A stretch of DNA of 64,000 nt from Aulosira sp. ZfuVER01. GTDB lineage: Bacteria > Cyanobacteriota > Cyanobacteriia > Cyanobacteriales > Nostocaceae. Position 1 is the stretch's first letter; the number at the start of each line of letters is the position of its first letter. Positions 44,442 to 55,056 of the stretch are shown here, in pieces. The translations under genes were made by a program, and so were the position numbers. The stretch covers positions 1-64,000 of the forward strand of contig JAVRCV020000083.1 in assembly GCA_034530615.2 (NCBI GenBank). The letters are read 5' to 3'. The notes beneath the pieces are model-generated. The model worked only from the letters and a program-made list of their open reading frames with translations, was not told the origin of the DNA and did not search any database.

Positions 44442-45375
44442 ACCAGTCGATCAAGTCATAGTAGTTGTCCGCGATACAGATACCCAAACTTGGGAATTCC
44501 TTGCCCAATTCCCAGCGCACAGCCTGCCACTGCATACCGTCACAGTCAGCCTTCCGGGAGTAGTCGCGGCCCTCAACGCCGGACTAGCTGCTGTAACGGG
44601 AGACATTGTTTCGATTACAGATGATGATGCAGCGCCCCATCCTGATTGGTTAGAGAAAATCAACGCTCATTTTCTCTCAGATACTTGCATTGGTGGTGTT
44701 GGTGGGCGTGATTGGGTTCATCAAGGGGACAAGCTACTAGATGACTCTCGACAGATAGTTGGGAAATTGCAGTGGTTTGGACGAGTCATTGGCAATCATC
44801 ATCTAGGAGTAGGTGAACCTCGTGAAGTCGATGTTCTCAAAGGCGTGAACATGAGTTTTCGTCAACAAGCAATCGCACAATTGCGTTTTGACGAACGGAT
44901 GCGCGGTACAGGGGCACAAGTCCATTTTGAAATGGCATTTACCCTAGCTTTAAAAGGCGCTGGTTGGAAGCTAATTTACGATCCGCAAGTGGCAGTAGAT
45001 CACTATCCAGCACAACGTTTTGATGAAGACCAACGAAATAATTTTAATGAAATTGCCTTGATTAATTTAGTCCATAATGAAACTTTAGTTTTATTAGAAT
45101 ACTTGCCGCCTCTACGCCGTGCAGTTTTTTTATTATGGGCGATATTAGTAGGAACAAGAGATAGTTTAGGTTTAATTCAATGGCTGAGACTTTTACCTAA
45201 GCAAGGGCAATTAGCCAGTCAGAAGTTGTTAGCTTCTTTGCGTGGGCGTTGGTTAGCATGGCAAACACATAAACAATTCAAAATTCAAAATTCTCTCTTG
45301 GAAAGTTCTGATCGGAGGAAACCTCCGCTCAGACTTTCCGCAAAATTCAAAAGCAAGCCTTTGGGTATTGAATAG
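44359..45375 (+). CDS. glycosyltransferase family 2
   Basis: VLIPTYRR, ITDDDA, GVNMSFR; the 3' end runs through an STRR/SDR insert. Confidence 0.9.
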   Translation: MKNTVLIPTYRRPLDLSRCLLALQAQTKPVDQVIVVVRDTDTQTWEFLAQFPAHSLPLHTVTVSLPGVVAALNAGLAAVTGDIVSITDDDAAPHPDWLEKINAHFLSDTCIGGVGGRDWVHQGDKLLDDSRQIVGKLQWFGRVIGNHHLGVGEPREVDVLKGVNMSFRQQAIAQLRFDERMRGTGAQVHFEMAFTLALKGAGWKLIYDPQVAVDHYPAQRFDEDQRNNFNEIALINLVHNETLVLLEYLPPLRRAVFLLWAILVGTRDSLGLIQWLRLLPKQGQLASQKLLASLRGRWLAWQTHKQFKIQNSLLESSDRRKPPLRLSAKFKSKPLGIE

Positions 45376-45509
45376 ATATATTTTCACTACATCTGTGTTT
45401 ATCTGTGGTTACATAATTTTTTCATGTATGCAAGTGTAAATGAATTTCACGCAGAGGCAAAAGAATAATTTTTATAATCCAAAATCCAAAATCTAAAATC
45501 TAAAATTGA

Positions 45510-46940
45510 ATGACTGCCAAACAGATACTCTTCAATAGTGTTTTACAAGAGAATTTCTCTCCCCAGGATCGAGCAGCACAGGCTTGGATAGTAATCTTGG
45601 GTTTCATATTACTAACAGTAGTTAGTTATTTTACTAGTGCAGCTGCAATGTTGCGCCTAGTTTTTCCGGCGACAGCTTTACTAGTAGGTTTATTTCTCTA
45701 TTTGCGCCATCCGATTCTCTACATTGGCTTTACCTGGTGGATTTGGTTTCTTACACCTTTAGTTGCTCGCCTAATAGACTATCGAGTAGGCTGGGACCCC
45801 ACTCGTCAGATACTTATAGCACCCTATTTAGTAGTGTTTGTAACTATAGGAACTTTCTTGCGCTATCTTCCCAGCAGTATCCGCCAAGGAGGTTTACCTT
45901 TTCTTTTAGCTTTTGTTGGAGTGTTCTATGGTTTTCTCGTTGGTCTGATTTATAACGCACCTGTGCCTGTAGCACGCGGTCTTTTAGATTGGCTCAGTCC
46001 GATTATTTTTGCTTTTCATTTATTTACTAATTGGCGAGATTATCCTAGCTATCGCGATCATATTCAGCGCACATTTCTTTGGTGCGTGTTGATTCTTGGA
46101 GCTTATGGTGTATATCAATTTGTAGTAGCTCCAGAGTGGGATAGATACTGGCTAATAGAGTCAAAAATGTTTAGCAGTTCTGGAGATCCTGTACCATTTG
46201 GAATGCGTGTGTGGAGTACGCTGCACTCAGTCGGTCCATTTGGTGCTGTAATGCAAACTGGTTTATTGTTGTTATTTACCAGAAGTGGATTTTCAATTTT
46301 TCCTGCCTCAGCTGTTGGTTATTTATCATTTTTATTAGCACAAGCTCGTACTAATTGGGGTGGTTGGTTATTAGGAGTCATTATAATTTTAGGTTCAGTC
46401 AAAGCCAAAATCCAAATGCGTCTAATTACCATTATTTTAGTGATGGCGCTTTGTGTTGTACCCTTAATAACTATTGAACCAATTTCTAAGGTTGTAGCTA
46501 CTCGTTTTGAAAGTTTTTCTAATCTGGAAAAAGATAGTAGCTTTAAGGATAGATCGGGAAGCTATGATAGAAATCTCAGTATTGCTCTTTCTAATGGACT
46601 AGGTAATGGCTTAGGAAATACTTGGAAGGTGAATGAGAAAACAGGACAAATTGAAGTATTTGTGATTGACAGTGGCGTTTTAGATATGTTTTTCACCTTA
46701 GGATGGTTTGGTGCTATCCCTTATTTAGGTGGTCTGATTCTGTTGATCGTTAATGTTAGTAAATACAGTGAAGGTCGTTTTGATAGTTTTGTCAGCGCTG
46801 CCCGTGCGATTGGAATAAGTTCTTGTTCTCAACTAATTATTGGTAGCGGGATGCTGAGTGTTGCTGGCATGATTCTTTGGGGATTTTTTGCTATGGCGAT
46901 GGCAGCACATAAATATTATCAGCATCAAGGGATTAAGTAG
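45510..46940 (+). CDS. O-antigen ligase/Wzy-like polytopic membrane protein
   Basis: About 10 TM segments; R..ST, ART.W, G.GLG and DSG.L motifs. Confidence 0.75.
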   Translation: MTAKQILFNSVLQENFSPQDRAAQAWIVILGFILLTVVSYFTSAAAMLRLVFPATALLVGLFLYLRHPILYIGFTWWIWFLTPLVARLIDYRVGWDPTRQILIAPYLVVFVTIGTFLRYLPSSIRQGGLPFLLAFVGVFYGFLVGLIYNAPVPVARGLLDWLSPIIFAFHLFTNWRDYPSYRDHIQRTFLWCVLILGAYGVYQFVVAPEWDRYWLIESKMFSSSGDPVPFGMRVWSTLHSVGPFGAVMQTGLLLLFTRSGFSIFPASAVGYLSFLLAQARTNWGGWLLGVIIILGSVKAKIQMRLITIILVMALCVVPLITIEPISKVVATRFESFSNLEKDSSFKDRSGSYDRNLSIALSNGLGNGLGNTWKVNEKTGQIEVFVIDSGVLDMFFTLGWFGAIPYLGGLILLIVNVSKYSEGRFDSFVSAARAIGISSCSQLIIGSGMLSVAGMILWGFFAMAMAAHKYYQHQGIK

Positions 46941-47041
46941 AATTCGTAATTAGATTTCTGCCAGAATTTCCCATATTTTCAATGGTGGTTTATTGATGCG
47001 ATCGCTATATTATTTACAGTCATTAAATTAAGGTCAATATT

Positions 47042-48205
47042 ATGAAAGTTATTGCTATTATGCCGCTGGCTGAACAAAGAGGCGGTGGTGAAATGATGTT
47101 TTGGGATTTAATGCAACAGGGACGTGACGCTGGCATTGAATGGTTGGCAATATTTTTAGAAGACGGCCCGATGGTAGAACAGGTAAGGTCACTCGGTATT
47201 GATACAAGAGTGATTGCTAGTGGTCGTCTGCGTGAAGTTCACCGTTGGATTAGTGCAGTTTTTCAGATAGCTTTGATCGCTAGACGCGAACGTGCAGATG
47301 CGATCGCCAATTGGATGTGGATCACACATATATATGGAGGACTGGCCGCGATCGCAGCTGGATTACCTGCTGTGTGGTATCAACTAGAAGTCCCTGATGG
47401 TAAGTCTTGGTTGGTGAGGCTGGCAACTTTATTACCTGCACGTGCGATAGTAACTCTTTCTAAAGATGGTCAAGAGGGACAAGCAAAGCTTTGGCCTCAC
47501 AGACCAACATCTCTGGTATATCCAGGTGTAGCTTTAGACCGCTTCGAGCCGAATGTTCTCCCTTCGCCAATAGAAGCACGGATGAAGCTGGGCTTACCTT
47601 TGCACGGGCCTTTAATTGGGATTGTCGGGCGATTGCAACGATGGAAGGGTATGCATACTTTAGTAGATGCAATGCCACAAATTTTGCAGAGATACCCTGA
47701 TGCTCACTGTGTAGTCGTTGGCGGTAAGCACGATTTAGAACCTGATTATGAGGACTTTGTAAAAGCACAAATAGCAGCTTTGGGGTTGAGTGATCGCGTT
47801 TTCATGGTGGGGTTACAGCGCAATATTCCTGAATGGATGCAGGCGATGGATATCTTTATACACGCTTCTGATAAAGAGCCATTTGGAATTGTGATTATTG
47901 AGGCGATGGCGCTGGGTAAACCTGTAATTGCTGGTGATGCGGGCGGCCCTACAGAAATTATTACAGACGGTGTGAATGGGCTACTAACACCTTATGGTGA
48001 TGCTGATGCATTGGCGATCGCGATTCTTCGCTATCTTGACGATCCAGAATTAGCCCATAGTTTTGGAGTTGCAGCGCGACAACGCGCCCTTGATTTTTCG
48101 ACGCAAAGGTACGCCCACAATTTTATTAATGTAGTTCGTGCTGCTGTATCTGATATGCCCAAAACAGTGATTAACGGTAATACCACTCCGTCAACTTTGA
48201 ATTGA
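47042..48205 (+). CDS. glycosyltransferase family 4
   Basis: GRLQRWKG, EPFGIVIIEAMALGKPVI. Confidence 0.92.
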   Translation: MKVIAIMPLAEQRGGGEMMFWDLMQQGRDAGIEWLAIFLEDGPMVEQVRSLGIDTRVIASGRLREVHRWISAVFQIALIARRERADAIANWMWITHIYGGLAAIAAGLPAVWYQLEVPDGKSWLVRLATLLPARAIVTLSKDGQEGQAKLWPHRPTSLVYPGVALDRFEPNVLPSPIEARMKLGLPLHGPLIGIVGRLQRWKGMHTLVDAMPQILQRYPDAHCVVVGGKHDLEPDYEDFVKAQIAALGLSDRVFMVGLQRNIPEWMQAMDIFIHASDKEPFGIVIIEAMALGKPVIAGDAGGPTEIITDGVNGLLTPYGDADALAIAILRYLDDPELAHSFGVAARQRALDFSTQRYAHNFINVVRAAVSDMPKTVINGNTTPSTLN

Positions 48206-48417
48206 AGGGCCATAACTCAAATTCAGAGTTTTGCTTCTAATCCTCTAAATATTCGTTGTTTCAGACATGGTATGACAACGAATATTTAAAGGATGCAGAG
48301 AAATAGACTTGTCTGCGGTGATTGGAAAGTTTGCTTCCATGCAAAACGCGATCCAAAACAGTGGTTGGATAGAATTTAATCAAAGTTCTCTGCGTGTCTG
48401 TGCGTGAGTTACTCTCC

Positions 48418-50121
48418 CTAACACGGAGACAAAACCGTTCCCAGTCTTTCACGCCCCAAGCGATCGCTCACCTTCCCCTGACAAACAACCGCAACTCCAT
48501 TAATATAAACCGTTTGCACAATTTCATCGGAACCACGCTTCACCATTCGCGGTTCACCATCCAAAATAGGATCTGATATTTCCACTTGCGGGCTAATTGG
48601 CTGATTTAACGCATTGGGATCGAGTAAAACTATATCTGCTTTCGCACCAACTTTCAGCACTCCTGTATCTAGACGAAACCATTGGGCGGGTTCTCCTGTA
48701 ACACGAGAAATTGCAGCTTCTGGTGAAAGAAAATTCGTTGCAACTGCTTGTTTGAGCAAAGATAAAGCGCCGTCATAGTAGCCAAGGTTACGCACATGAG
48801 CGCCAGCGTCGGTAAATCCAGGGAAGATATAAGGATGTTGCATCATCGCCAAACGGGGTTTTAAGCGATCGTTTGCGCCTGTCGCTACCCAGCGTAAATC
48901 TGTGTCGTAAGTCTGCAACGCTTCTATAAACAAATCTACTGGTTCCTGTTGCTGGCGGCGGGCAATTTCCGCAAAGCTTAACCCTTGCCAACTCGCTTCG
49001 GGACAGTCAACAACTTCCATCAAATCTAAATGACGATGAAATGATTTTCGCCATTTATTGTTCCACTCTTGGCGAAACTGGCGGCGAAAAGCTTCAGATT
49101 GCCACAATTGTTGGCGTTCCTGTCGTGAGTTACAGCCGTTAAGTTGTGCACCTGTGGAGAATTCTTCAAATAAGGGGGTGACAGGGCCATCTGAGTAAAT
49201 TGTGAAAGGTTCGGTTAATGTTTGAAAACGCACATTACCATTAAGAATGCGATTCCAGATGAACAGGATAGGGGAAAATATTCGCCATAGTTTGCGATCG
49301 TGGACAGCATCTAAAGCTGAGAGGACAGTTAGCCGCAGTGGTTTGCCAATCCCCGATCCCATCCGCAGAATGTCTACAAAGGAAGTTAGCTTTTGTAAAT
49401 TAGGAGTGACTTGAAAAACGCGATCGCGTTGTCGGCAAAGTTTGGCTAGCATCGCATATTCTTTAAACTTGGCGTGTTGTGAAGGAATTGTGTAACCTTG
49501 CCATTTGCCACTCATCCGATGCCAAGGAAACATATCAATAGAAACGCCCACAAATCCTGCATCTAAAGCATCTGCCGTAATTCGTTGCATCACTTTTAGC
49601 TCAAATTTGCTGGGTTGAACGGTTAAACTGCGTTCCAATCCCATCACATAAGCGCGTAAAGCACTATGTCCAAACAAAGGTGCAACATTCGGGCCAAGCG
49701 GTAACTGTTGCAAATGCTGTAAATATTCTGCTGGTGTCTGCCAAGAAAGCGATTTTTTCAACCATTTTGCAATTAGTCGATGGGAAAGCGTCTCCACTCT
49801 TTGAAAAATATCTGCCAGCATTTGGGCTTCACCGATCGCGATCGACAAACTACAATTGCCAATGACAACGCTAGTTACACCATGACGCACTGATTCACTT
49901 AGTCCTGGTGCAATCTCTAACTCTAAATCGTAGTGAGTGTGAATATCGATGAATCCTGGTGTCACCCACAACCCAGAAGCATCAACCGCTTCACGGGCTT
50001 CAACGGGTAAGGAAGGAGCAATTTCTACAATCTTGCCATTTTTAATCCCAACATCCCCACGAACAGGTGCAGATCCTAAACCATCGAATATTAACCCGTT
50101 TTGAATCAGCAAATCCAACAT
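48418..50121 (-). CDS. N-acyl-D-amino-acid deacylase family amidohydrolase
   Basis: PGFIDIHTHYD, GVT.V.IGNC, DAGAH, G.L.VG..AD motifs. Confidence 0.85.
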   Translation of the reverse strand: MLDLLIQNGLIFDGLGSAPVRGDVGIKNGKIVEIAPSLPVEAREAVDASGLWVTPGFIDIHTHYDLELEIAPGLSESVRHGVTSVVIGNCSLSIAIGEAQMLADIFQRVETLSHRLIAKWLKKSLSWQTPAEYLQHLQQLPLGPNVAPLFGHSALRAYVMGLERSLTVQPSKFELKVMQRITADALDAGFVGVSIDMFPWHRMSGKWQGYTIPSQHAKFKEYAMLAKLCRQRDRVFQVTPNLQKLTSFVDILRMGSGIGKPLRLTVLSALDAVHDRKLWRIFSPILFIWNRILNGNVRFQTLTEPFTIYSDGPVTPLFEEFSTGAQLNGCNSRQERQQLWQSEAFRRQFRQEWNNKWRKSFHRHLDLMEVVDCPEASWQGLSFAEIARRQQQEPVDLFIEALQTYDTDLRWVATGANDRLKPRLAMMQHPYIFPGFTDAGAHVRNLGYYDGALSLLKQAVATNFLSPEAAISRVTGEPAQWFRLDTGVLKVGAKADIVLLDPNALNQPISPQVEISDPILDGEPRMVKRGSDEIVQTVYINGVAVVCQGKVSDRLGRERLGTVLSPC

Positions 50122-50202
50122 GATTTTTTGTTGCCCTTTGGTTGTTATTGGATCTGTTTAGGGTCATTATAGGCTGGGAATTTATGGGAAATGGCGATCG
50201 CC

Positions 50203-50412
50203 TGCTATGTTAATACATCGGTCTGTTATGTTAATACATCGCGCTGTTATGCCAATACGCTGGGCTGTTATGCCAATACATCAGTCTGTTATGTTAATAC
50301 ATCGCGCTGTTATGCCAATACATCAGTCTGTTATGTTAATACATCGCGCTGTTATGCCAATACGCCAGGCTGTTATATTAATACGTCAGTCTGTTATGCT
50401 ATTGCATCGACC
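50203..50412. repeat. tandem repeat, 10 x 21 nt (consensus TGTTATGYYAATACATCRGTC)
   Basis: Ten in-register units counted directly. Confidence 0.95.
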
Positions 50413-50644
50413 TGCAAAAGTTAATCTATTGTTTTTTTGGCGTTGCATAATTGCGGGATGATTTTAGAATTTGCATCAAAAATAATCACCGCGTCACCGC
50501 GTCTTTTTGTCTCCGCGTCAGCCTCATTCATCCCCTTATTCAGCAATGCCGTTTTTTTTAACTTTGCCTAGCGTAATTGAGGGCAGAGATTGGGAGCGAT
50601 CGCCTGCGATTAATCTAATGATAAGCTTTGGTTAACGAGTAATT

Positions 50645-50797
50645 ATACCAATTTGAAACAAGAATGCGACAGATACACAGCCCCAAACTATTGTCCTGTC
50701 TGGATTCTTAATTTTGAATTTTGCGGAAAGTTGCGTGCGGGGGTTCCCCCCGTTGAGCAAACTTTTCAAGACGAATTTTGAATTTTTGAATTTGAAT
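50645..50797. mobile_element. ATACCAATT-ended MITE with an SDR-like insert
   Basis: 50645-50722 is a near reverse complement of 33157-33244; 50723-50773 is an SDR-like module. Confidence 0.65.
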
Positions 50798-50835
50798 AGG
50801 CTTCCTTAGCACTATGAACCAAAGCACATAGTTAA

Positions 50836-51234
50836 TCAACGATAACGAAATTTCCACATTCCTAGAGCAAAAACAATTCCTAAAAGCGTACCAATCCCCA
50901 CAGCCATCGGAGCAAATAACAGAAAAGATAAATCGGCTTGACTGCCGGTAGGATAATGGCCAAACAAAACGACACTTTTAAATCCAATACCTGCGCCAAC
51001 AATGGAGCCAAGCACTACCCACACTATCACATCTTGCGATCGCACTCTGGCGGCGATCGCCAGCCCCAGCGAGGTAATGATAAATCCTGACATAGCTCCA
51101 ATTGCAGCCCCATAACCCACAATCGAGAGAACCCAGGTATACTTGACAATCATCGCCCCCAATCCAGCGATTAATGCTCCAAAGCCTAGCCAGAGCAATA
51201 TTCCTAGCATGAACCAGAAAAGTTTTGTCTGCAT
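50836..51234 (-). CDS. hypothetical membrane protein (about 4 TM)
   Basis: 132 aa with Gly-rich hydrophobic helices. Confidence 0.7.
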   Translation of the reverse strand: MQTKLFWFMLGILLWLGFGALIAGLGAMIVKYTWVLSIVGYGAAIGAMSGFIITSLGLAIAARVRSQDVIVWVVLGSIVGAGIGFKSVVLFGHYPTGSQADLSFLLFAPMAVGIGTLLGIVFALGMWKFRYR

Positions 51235-51266
51235 GGTACGTCACCCTAAATCTTGAGTCTGCTAAC

Positions 51267-51372
51267 CAACAACATAGATTCGGTTAAGGGGAAGGTGAAG
51301 AGGGAAAGAAAACCTTTAATCTTTTCCCCAAACCAACTTCTGAGTTCAAAATGCTTAACCGAGTAGTATTGG
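51267..51372. mobile_element. MITE-like element
   Basis: Imperfect inverted ends …TCGGTTAAG / CTTAACCGA…TATTGG. Confidence 0.45.
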
Positions 51373-51381
51373 AAATGTAGG

Positions 51382-54300
51382 TTATAACTCTTGAACAAAT
51401 TCTGTCAAGAACCTGAAAGCTTTGAGAATATAACTAGCGCAATCTCTAGGAGAGGTGTTGTAAAAAGCTCGCCATGCACTCGCTTTATCTTCATCATAGC
51501 GATCGCCTCTTTCGGGATGTGCATCTAACCATGCTAGTCTGACTGCATGACCAATTAAGACATCCAAGACGATATATTCTTCAATTTGCAGGTTGGGATT
51601 ATTGGCTGCGATCGCAGATAATTCAATCAGAGCTTCAATATTCACTTGTCGGTATTCGGGAGCCTCAATTTTATTCAGCAGATGCTCAACTAATAAGGCA
51701 AAGTTCCTCTCTCCTGGTGTCATCTCTGACAACATCAATTCACTATCCAAACGATTGCGGCGTTCTAGCTTATCGCCAATCACCAAGCCTTTGCAATGCT
51801 TCATTAATTGCCAAACTTGTTGAAAAAAGTCTTTTGGTACACGTCCAGTTGCTCCTCCTGCTTGGCGTAATCGTCGCCAACCGCCTGGGGGAACTTCGAT
51901 TTCAGCTTCAATTGGTGGTGCGACTACCCAATCAATGTCACTTTCTTTTTGCTTGACATGGAGTGATTCTTGCTGACGTAAAAGGTTACTCATACCTGCG
52001 TATTCAGTTAAAACATTTTGCAACCGTGTTTTAACTTCAAAGGGTGAGAGTTGCATTACGTACTCATAAGCTTCATCTTGAGTCACCCGTAATTCTCTGG
52101 CTAGTTTGCTAGTAATTAACAGAATGAGATAGCCGACTTTCAGTGTCAGCAGTCCTTGAAATAATTCTGGTTCTGATCTAATCAGGACACCTAAATAGAT
52201 GATAATTTCTTGAGTGAGGACGCGATCGCGGATATCTTCACGACAAAAATGATTAATTTTCTCGGCAATTTCATTGTGAGACATCGGCACAGCAATTAAT
52301 GAATCTTCGCTGTAAGCTTTACCCACAGAAATTTGCTTACCCCGAACTACAATACTGGTGACGACATCTGACAAGCTAATATCCACCATCTGTCGCAACC
52401 CAGCAGCACGGCGGACTATTGCCCATAGTCCTAAATCCCCAGCTTTGGTATATACTTCATTGAGTAAATAGTCTACTGTTACAGCAGACTGAGGCCCGCC
52501 AAACCCTGTGTCAAACTCTAATCCCTGCAAGCGAGTCAAAGTCTGCAATAACTCAATTTGCTCGTAAATATTCTCTGATGCTCGTAAAGAAGATAGCAAT
52601 AATCCCAAGTTAGTTTCACATTCCATTTGGAATTCTTGGGTATGCTCTAATAGCCCATTTTTCCCTGGATGATATGCCAAATAATAGCAGTGGAGTGCTG
52701 CATTTTTGACTGCTGGTAGGGAAAATTCTTCATCTTGCAGAAAATCAATTCTTTGAATTCCAGCTGTCAGCATCAATTGATTTAATCTTCCTAACTTTAC
52801 CCGGACACCATTACAAACACCATCTTTTAGTTCTTGCATTAATTCTAATAATGCCTCAGAACCAATTTCTAGCATTGTATGGGTCAACATTAAAGTTAGG
52901 GTAGGACGACCCAAATCACTCCAATACTTTTGAATGTAAGCAAGTTCACCTCTAATTTGATCCAGCAAGAAATGATAATCAAGAGTTAAATAAAATTGCT
53001 GAGAATCTAAAAAAGAAGGCAAAAATACAACTGTTTGCTCGCGAATCCGAAAGATGCGCGATGTAGTCAAACTCCGCAATCTCCGCACTGGACGCCCTGT
53101 TACACCGAGTTTATCGTTGCGGCCAATTTGGGTATAAATAGCTGACAAATCCCCGGCTTTTCTAACTTGAATCGGTTCTAATTGCTTGGGTGTTTGCGTT
53201 TCAATTCCGTGAACTTCTAGTTTTTCTTGTAAATCTTCATCTTCTGCTACTAAGGCAATTTGTACTAGAGATTCTCTGGTTTTTCCCACACAAAGATGTC
53301 TTCCTAAAGGGTCAATATCACCAACTGCTAATAGCCCCTCATTTAACATTTGTCCGAGAAAATATAAACTTTGCGCCCACACTAGAGGCACATTTTCATT
53401 AGGTAAACGTGGTTGACTTTGGGGTGCTAACTTTTCTGCTTCGATGTTCTCTTCGGCAACATAATAAAGTTCTGGTAATAGCTGCAATCCATCGCGTTCT
53501 ACGAGTAATGATTCTAAAAGTTCTTGGTAATGTTGAGCTTGTTCTTTGTCATTACGGAACAACCCATCTAGTACCAAATAAGTGAAAAATAAAGGCCATT
53601 CACATTCAATATGCTCAAACTGCTTTAGTTCCCAAGGTTCGTAGTGTAAGCGTTGGGTATCTTCTAAAACAGTTTGGTGTCCATCCCGCAGGAAGCGTTT
53701 ACAGCCATATTTGCCTTGGAGTTTGTTAATAATGTCATTCCAAGTGCGCGATCGCAGTTTCTCATCTTCTACGGCAAAGGCTGGAAAACTAATAATACTC
53801 AATAATGCTGCATCTATTTCTTTGGAGCCAGATTCTCTCGGTAATAGAGATTCTAATGTAATGCGAGCGCGGGCAATTTCATCTGGTAGTACGTGAATCA
53901 CCGATGCTTGGCTCCCACGCACACCAAATAAATCCAGTCCGTTGATGGCTTCTAAAGCAGCTTTCGCCATACCTACAGAACTAGCATTTAACTCAGCATT
54001 ACCACGATTAATTTTGTTACCACGTTCCCAAATGCCGTAATCTGGTGTGCGATAAGCTCGTCCAATGTAGTAAACCAAATTTTGAACGAAATTTACTTCA
54101 TCAATGGTATAAATTATTTGCAATCCAGAAGCAGTCATTTGCGCCAACATCAACAAAAATATTGATGTGGCATCTAGTTGTAAATGTCCCCATTCATCAT
54201 CACCTACGACAATATCACCAGTAGCCGTGTTGTATTTAGCGTGTAACCCATCTAATGGTGACTGAGTATGTTTAAATTGTTCGACTTTATTAGCTTGTCG

Positions 54301-54585
54301 CATCATTGCAAACAGCAATCCACGCATCAGCTTGATCGCGCTATGTTCTAATTCATAGGTGTATCCTTTGTTTTCATCAATTTTGCGGTATGCAAGTGCT
54401 AAACCCCAAACTGGCAAAATGCTATAAACGTTATCTCTCACCCAAGCGTCTGTATAATCGCCGTGGGCCGTTATAGCCGTACTCGCAGGTAACAAACCAG
54501 TAATCGGATTCTGACGGCTGAGAATAATTGTCCTGATTTGCTGATAGTAATTTTCTAGGCGAGCATACAATTTGGTAGTGTCCAT
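51382..54585 (-). CDS. glycoside hydrolase family 15 / phosphorylase kinase alpha-beta-like protein
   Basis: QNPITGLLPAS, AWVRDNVY, WGHLQLDA, DYGIWERG, SKEIDA, RFLRDGH, ECEWPLF, WAQSLY, MTPGERNFAL. Confidence 0.9.
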   Translation of the reverse strand: MDTTKLYARLENYYQQIRTIILSRQNPITGLLPASTAITAHGDYTDAWVRDNVYSILPVWGLALAYRKIDENKGYTYELEHSAIKLMRGLLFAMMRQANKVEQFKHTQSPLDGLHAKYNTATGDIVVGDDEWGHLQLDATSIFLLMLAQMTASGLQIIYTIDEVNFVQNLVYYIGRAYRTPDYGIWERGNKINRGNAELNASSVGMAKAALEAINGLDLFGVRGSQASVIHVLPDEIARARITLESLLPRESGSKEIDAALLSIISFPAFAVEDEKLRSRTWNDIINKLQGKYGCKRFLRDGHQTVLEDTQRLHYEPWELKQFEHIECEWPLFFTYLVLDGLFRNDKEQAQHYQELLESLLVERDGLQLLPELYYVAEENIEAEKLAPQSQPRLPNENVPLVWAQSLYFLGQMLNEGLLAVGDIDPLGRHLCVGKTRESLVQIALVAEDEDLQEKLEVHGIETQTPKQLEPIQVRKAGDLSAIYTQIGRNDKLGVTGRPVRRLRSLTTSRIFRIREQTVVFLPSFLDSQQFYLTLDYHFLLDQIRGELAYIQKYWSDLGRPTLTLMLTHTMLEIGSEALLELMQELKDGVCNGVRVKLGRLNQLMLTAGIQRIDFLQDEEFSLPAVKNAALHCYYLAYHPGKNGLLEHTQEFQMECETNLGLLLSSLRASENIYEQIELLQTLTRLQGLEFDTGFGGPQSAVTVDYLLNEVYTKAGDLGLWAIVRRAAGLRQMVDISLSDVVTSIVVRGKQISVGKAYSEDSLIAVPMSHNEIAEKINHFCREDIRDRVLTQEIIIYLGVLIRSEPELFQGLLTLKVGYLILLITSKLARELRVTQDEAYEYVMQLSPFEVKTRLQNVLTEYAGMSNLLRQQESLHVKQKESDIDWVVAPPIEAEIEVPPGGWRRLRQAGGATGRVPKDFFQQVWQLMKHCKGLVIGDKLERRNRLDSELMLSEMTPGERNFALLVEHLLNKIEAPEYRQVNIEALIELSAIAANNPNLQIEEYIVLDVLIGHAVRLAWLDAHPERGDRYDEDKASAWRAFYNTSPRDCASYILKAFRFLTEFVQEL

Positions 54586-54753
54586 GATTTTTTTGCTGCA
54601 ACTTGCGGAAATTGACCCTGTAGCTGTGAAGTTAAAGATGTCAGCCAAGCCAGAACTTATTCTGCGATCGGCAATAGTATTACAGATGAGGGCGGTATAG
54701 GTTTATTATTATCTCCTGTTCTTAGCCTCCTGGTTGCAAAATTATTCATGAAC

Positions 54754-54861
54754 TAAGTAGATTGGCGTAAATATTTATAGCGAGCATAAAGAAAGTAGGA
54801 TTCATAAGATACACGAGAGTTATATTCACAGAAACTACATTTATTTACGTCTTTCTACTTA
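54754..54861. mobile_element. MITE-like element
   Basis: TAAGTAGATTGGCGTAAATA / TATTTACGTCTTTCTACTTA inverted ends. Confidence 0.5.
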
Positions 54862-55056
54862 ATAGCCAACATAAAAATTTGTTGTAATCTTTATCTTTAA
54901 CAGACCAGGGAACATCTAACTTTAAAATGTTTTCAATAATTCTAAAGTAGGATAAATAATCATTCAAAAGAAGCAAACCTACTCAAGAATAAATTGAGTA
55001 GATTATGGATAAGACAACCTCTTAACATCAAAAATTCATAGAGAGGATAAGTAATT

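Noticed and set aside
50203..50412. Possible CRISPR array
   Set aside because: Units are contiguous 21-mers with no unique spacers, and there are no cas genes in the window
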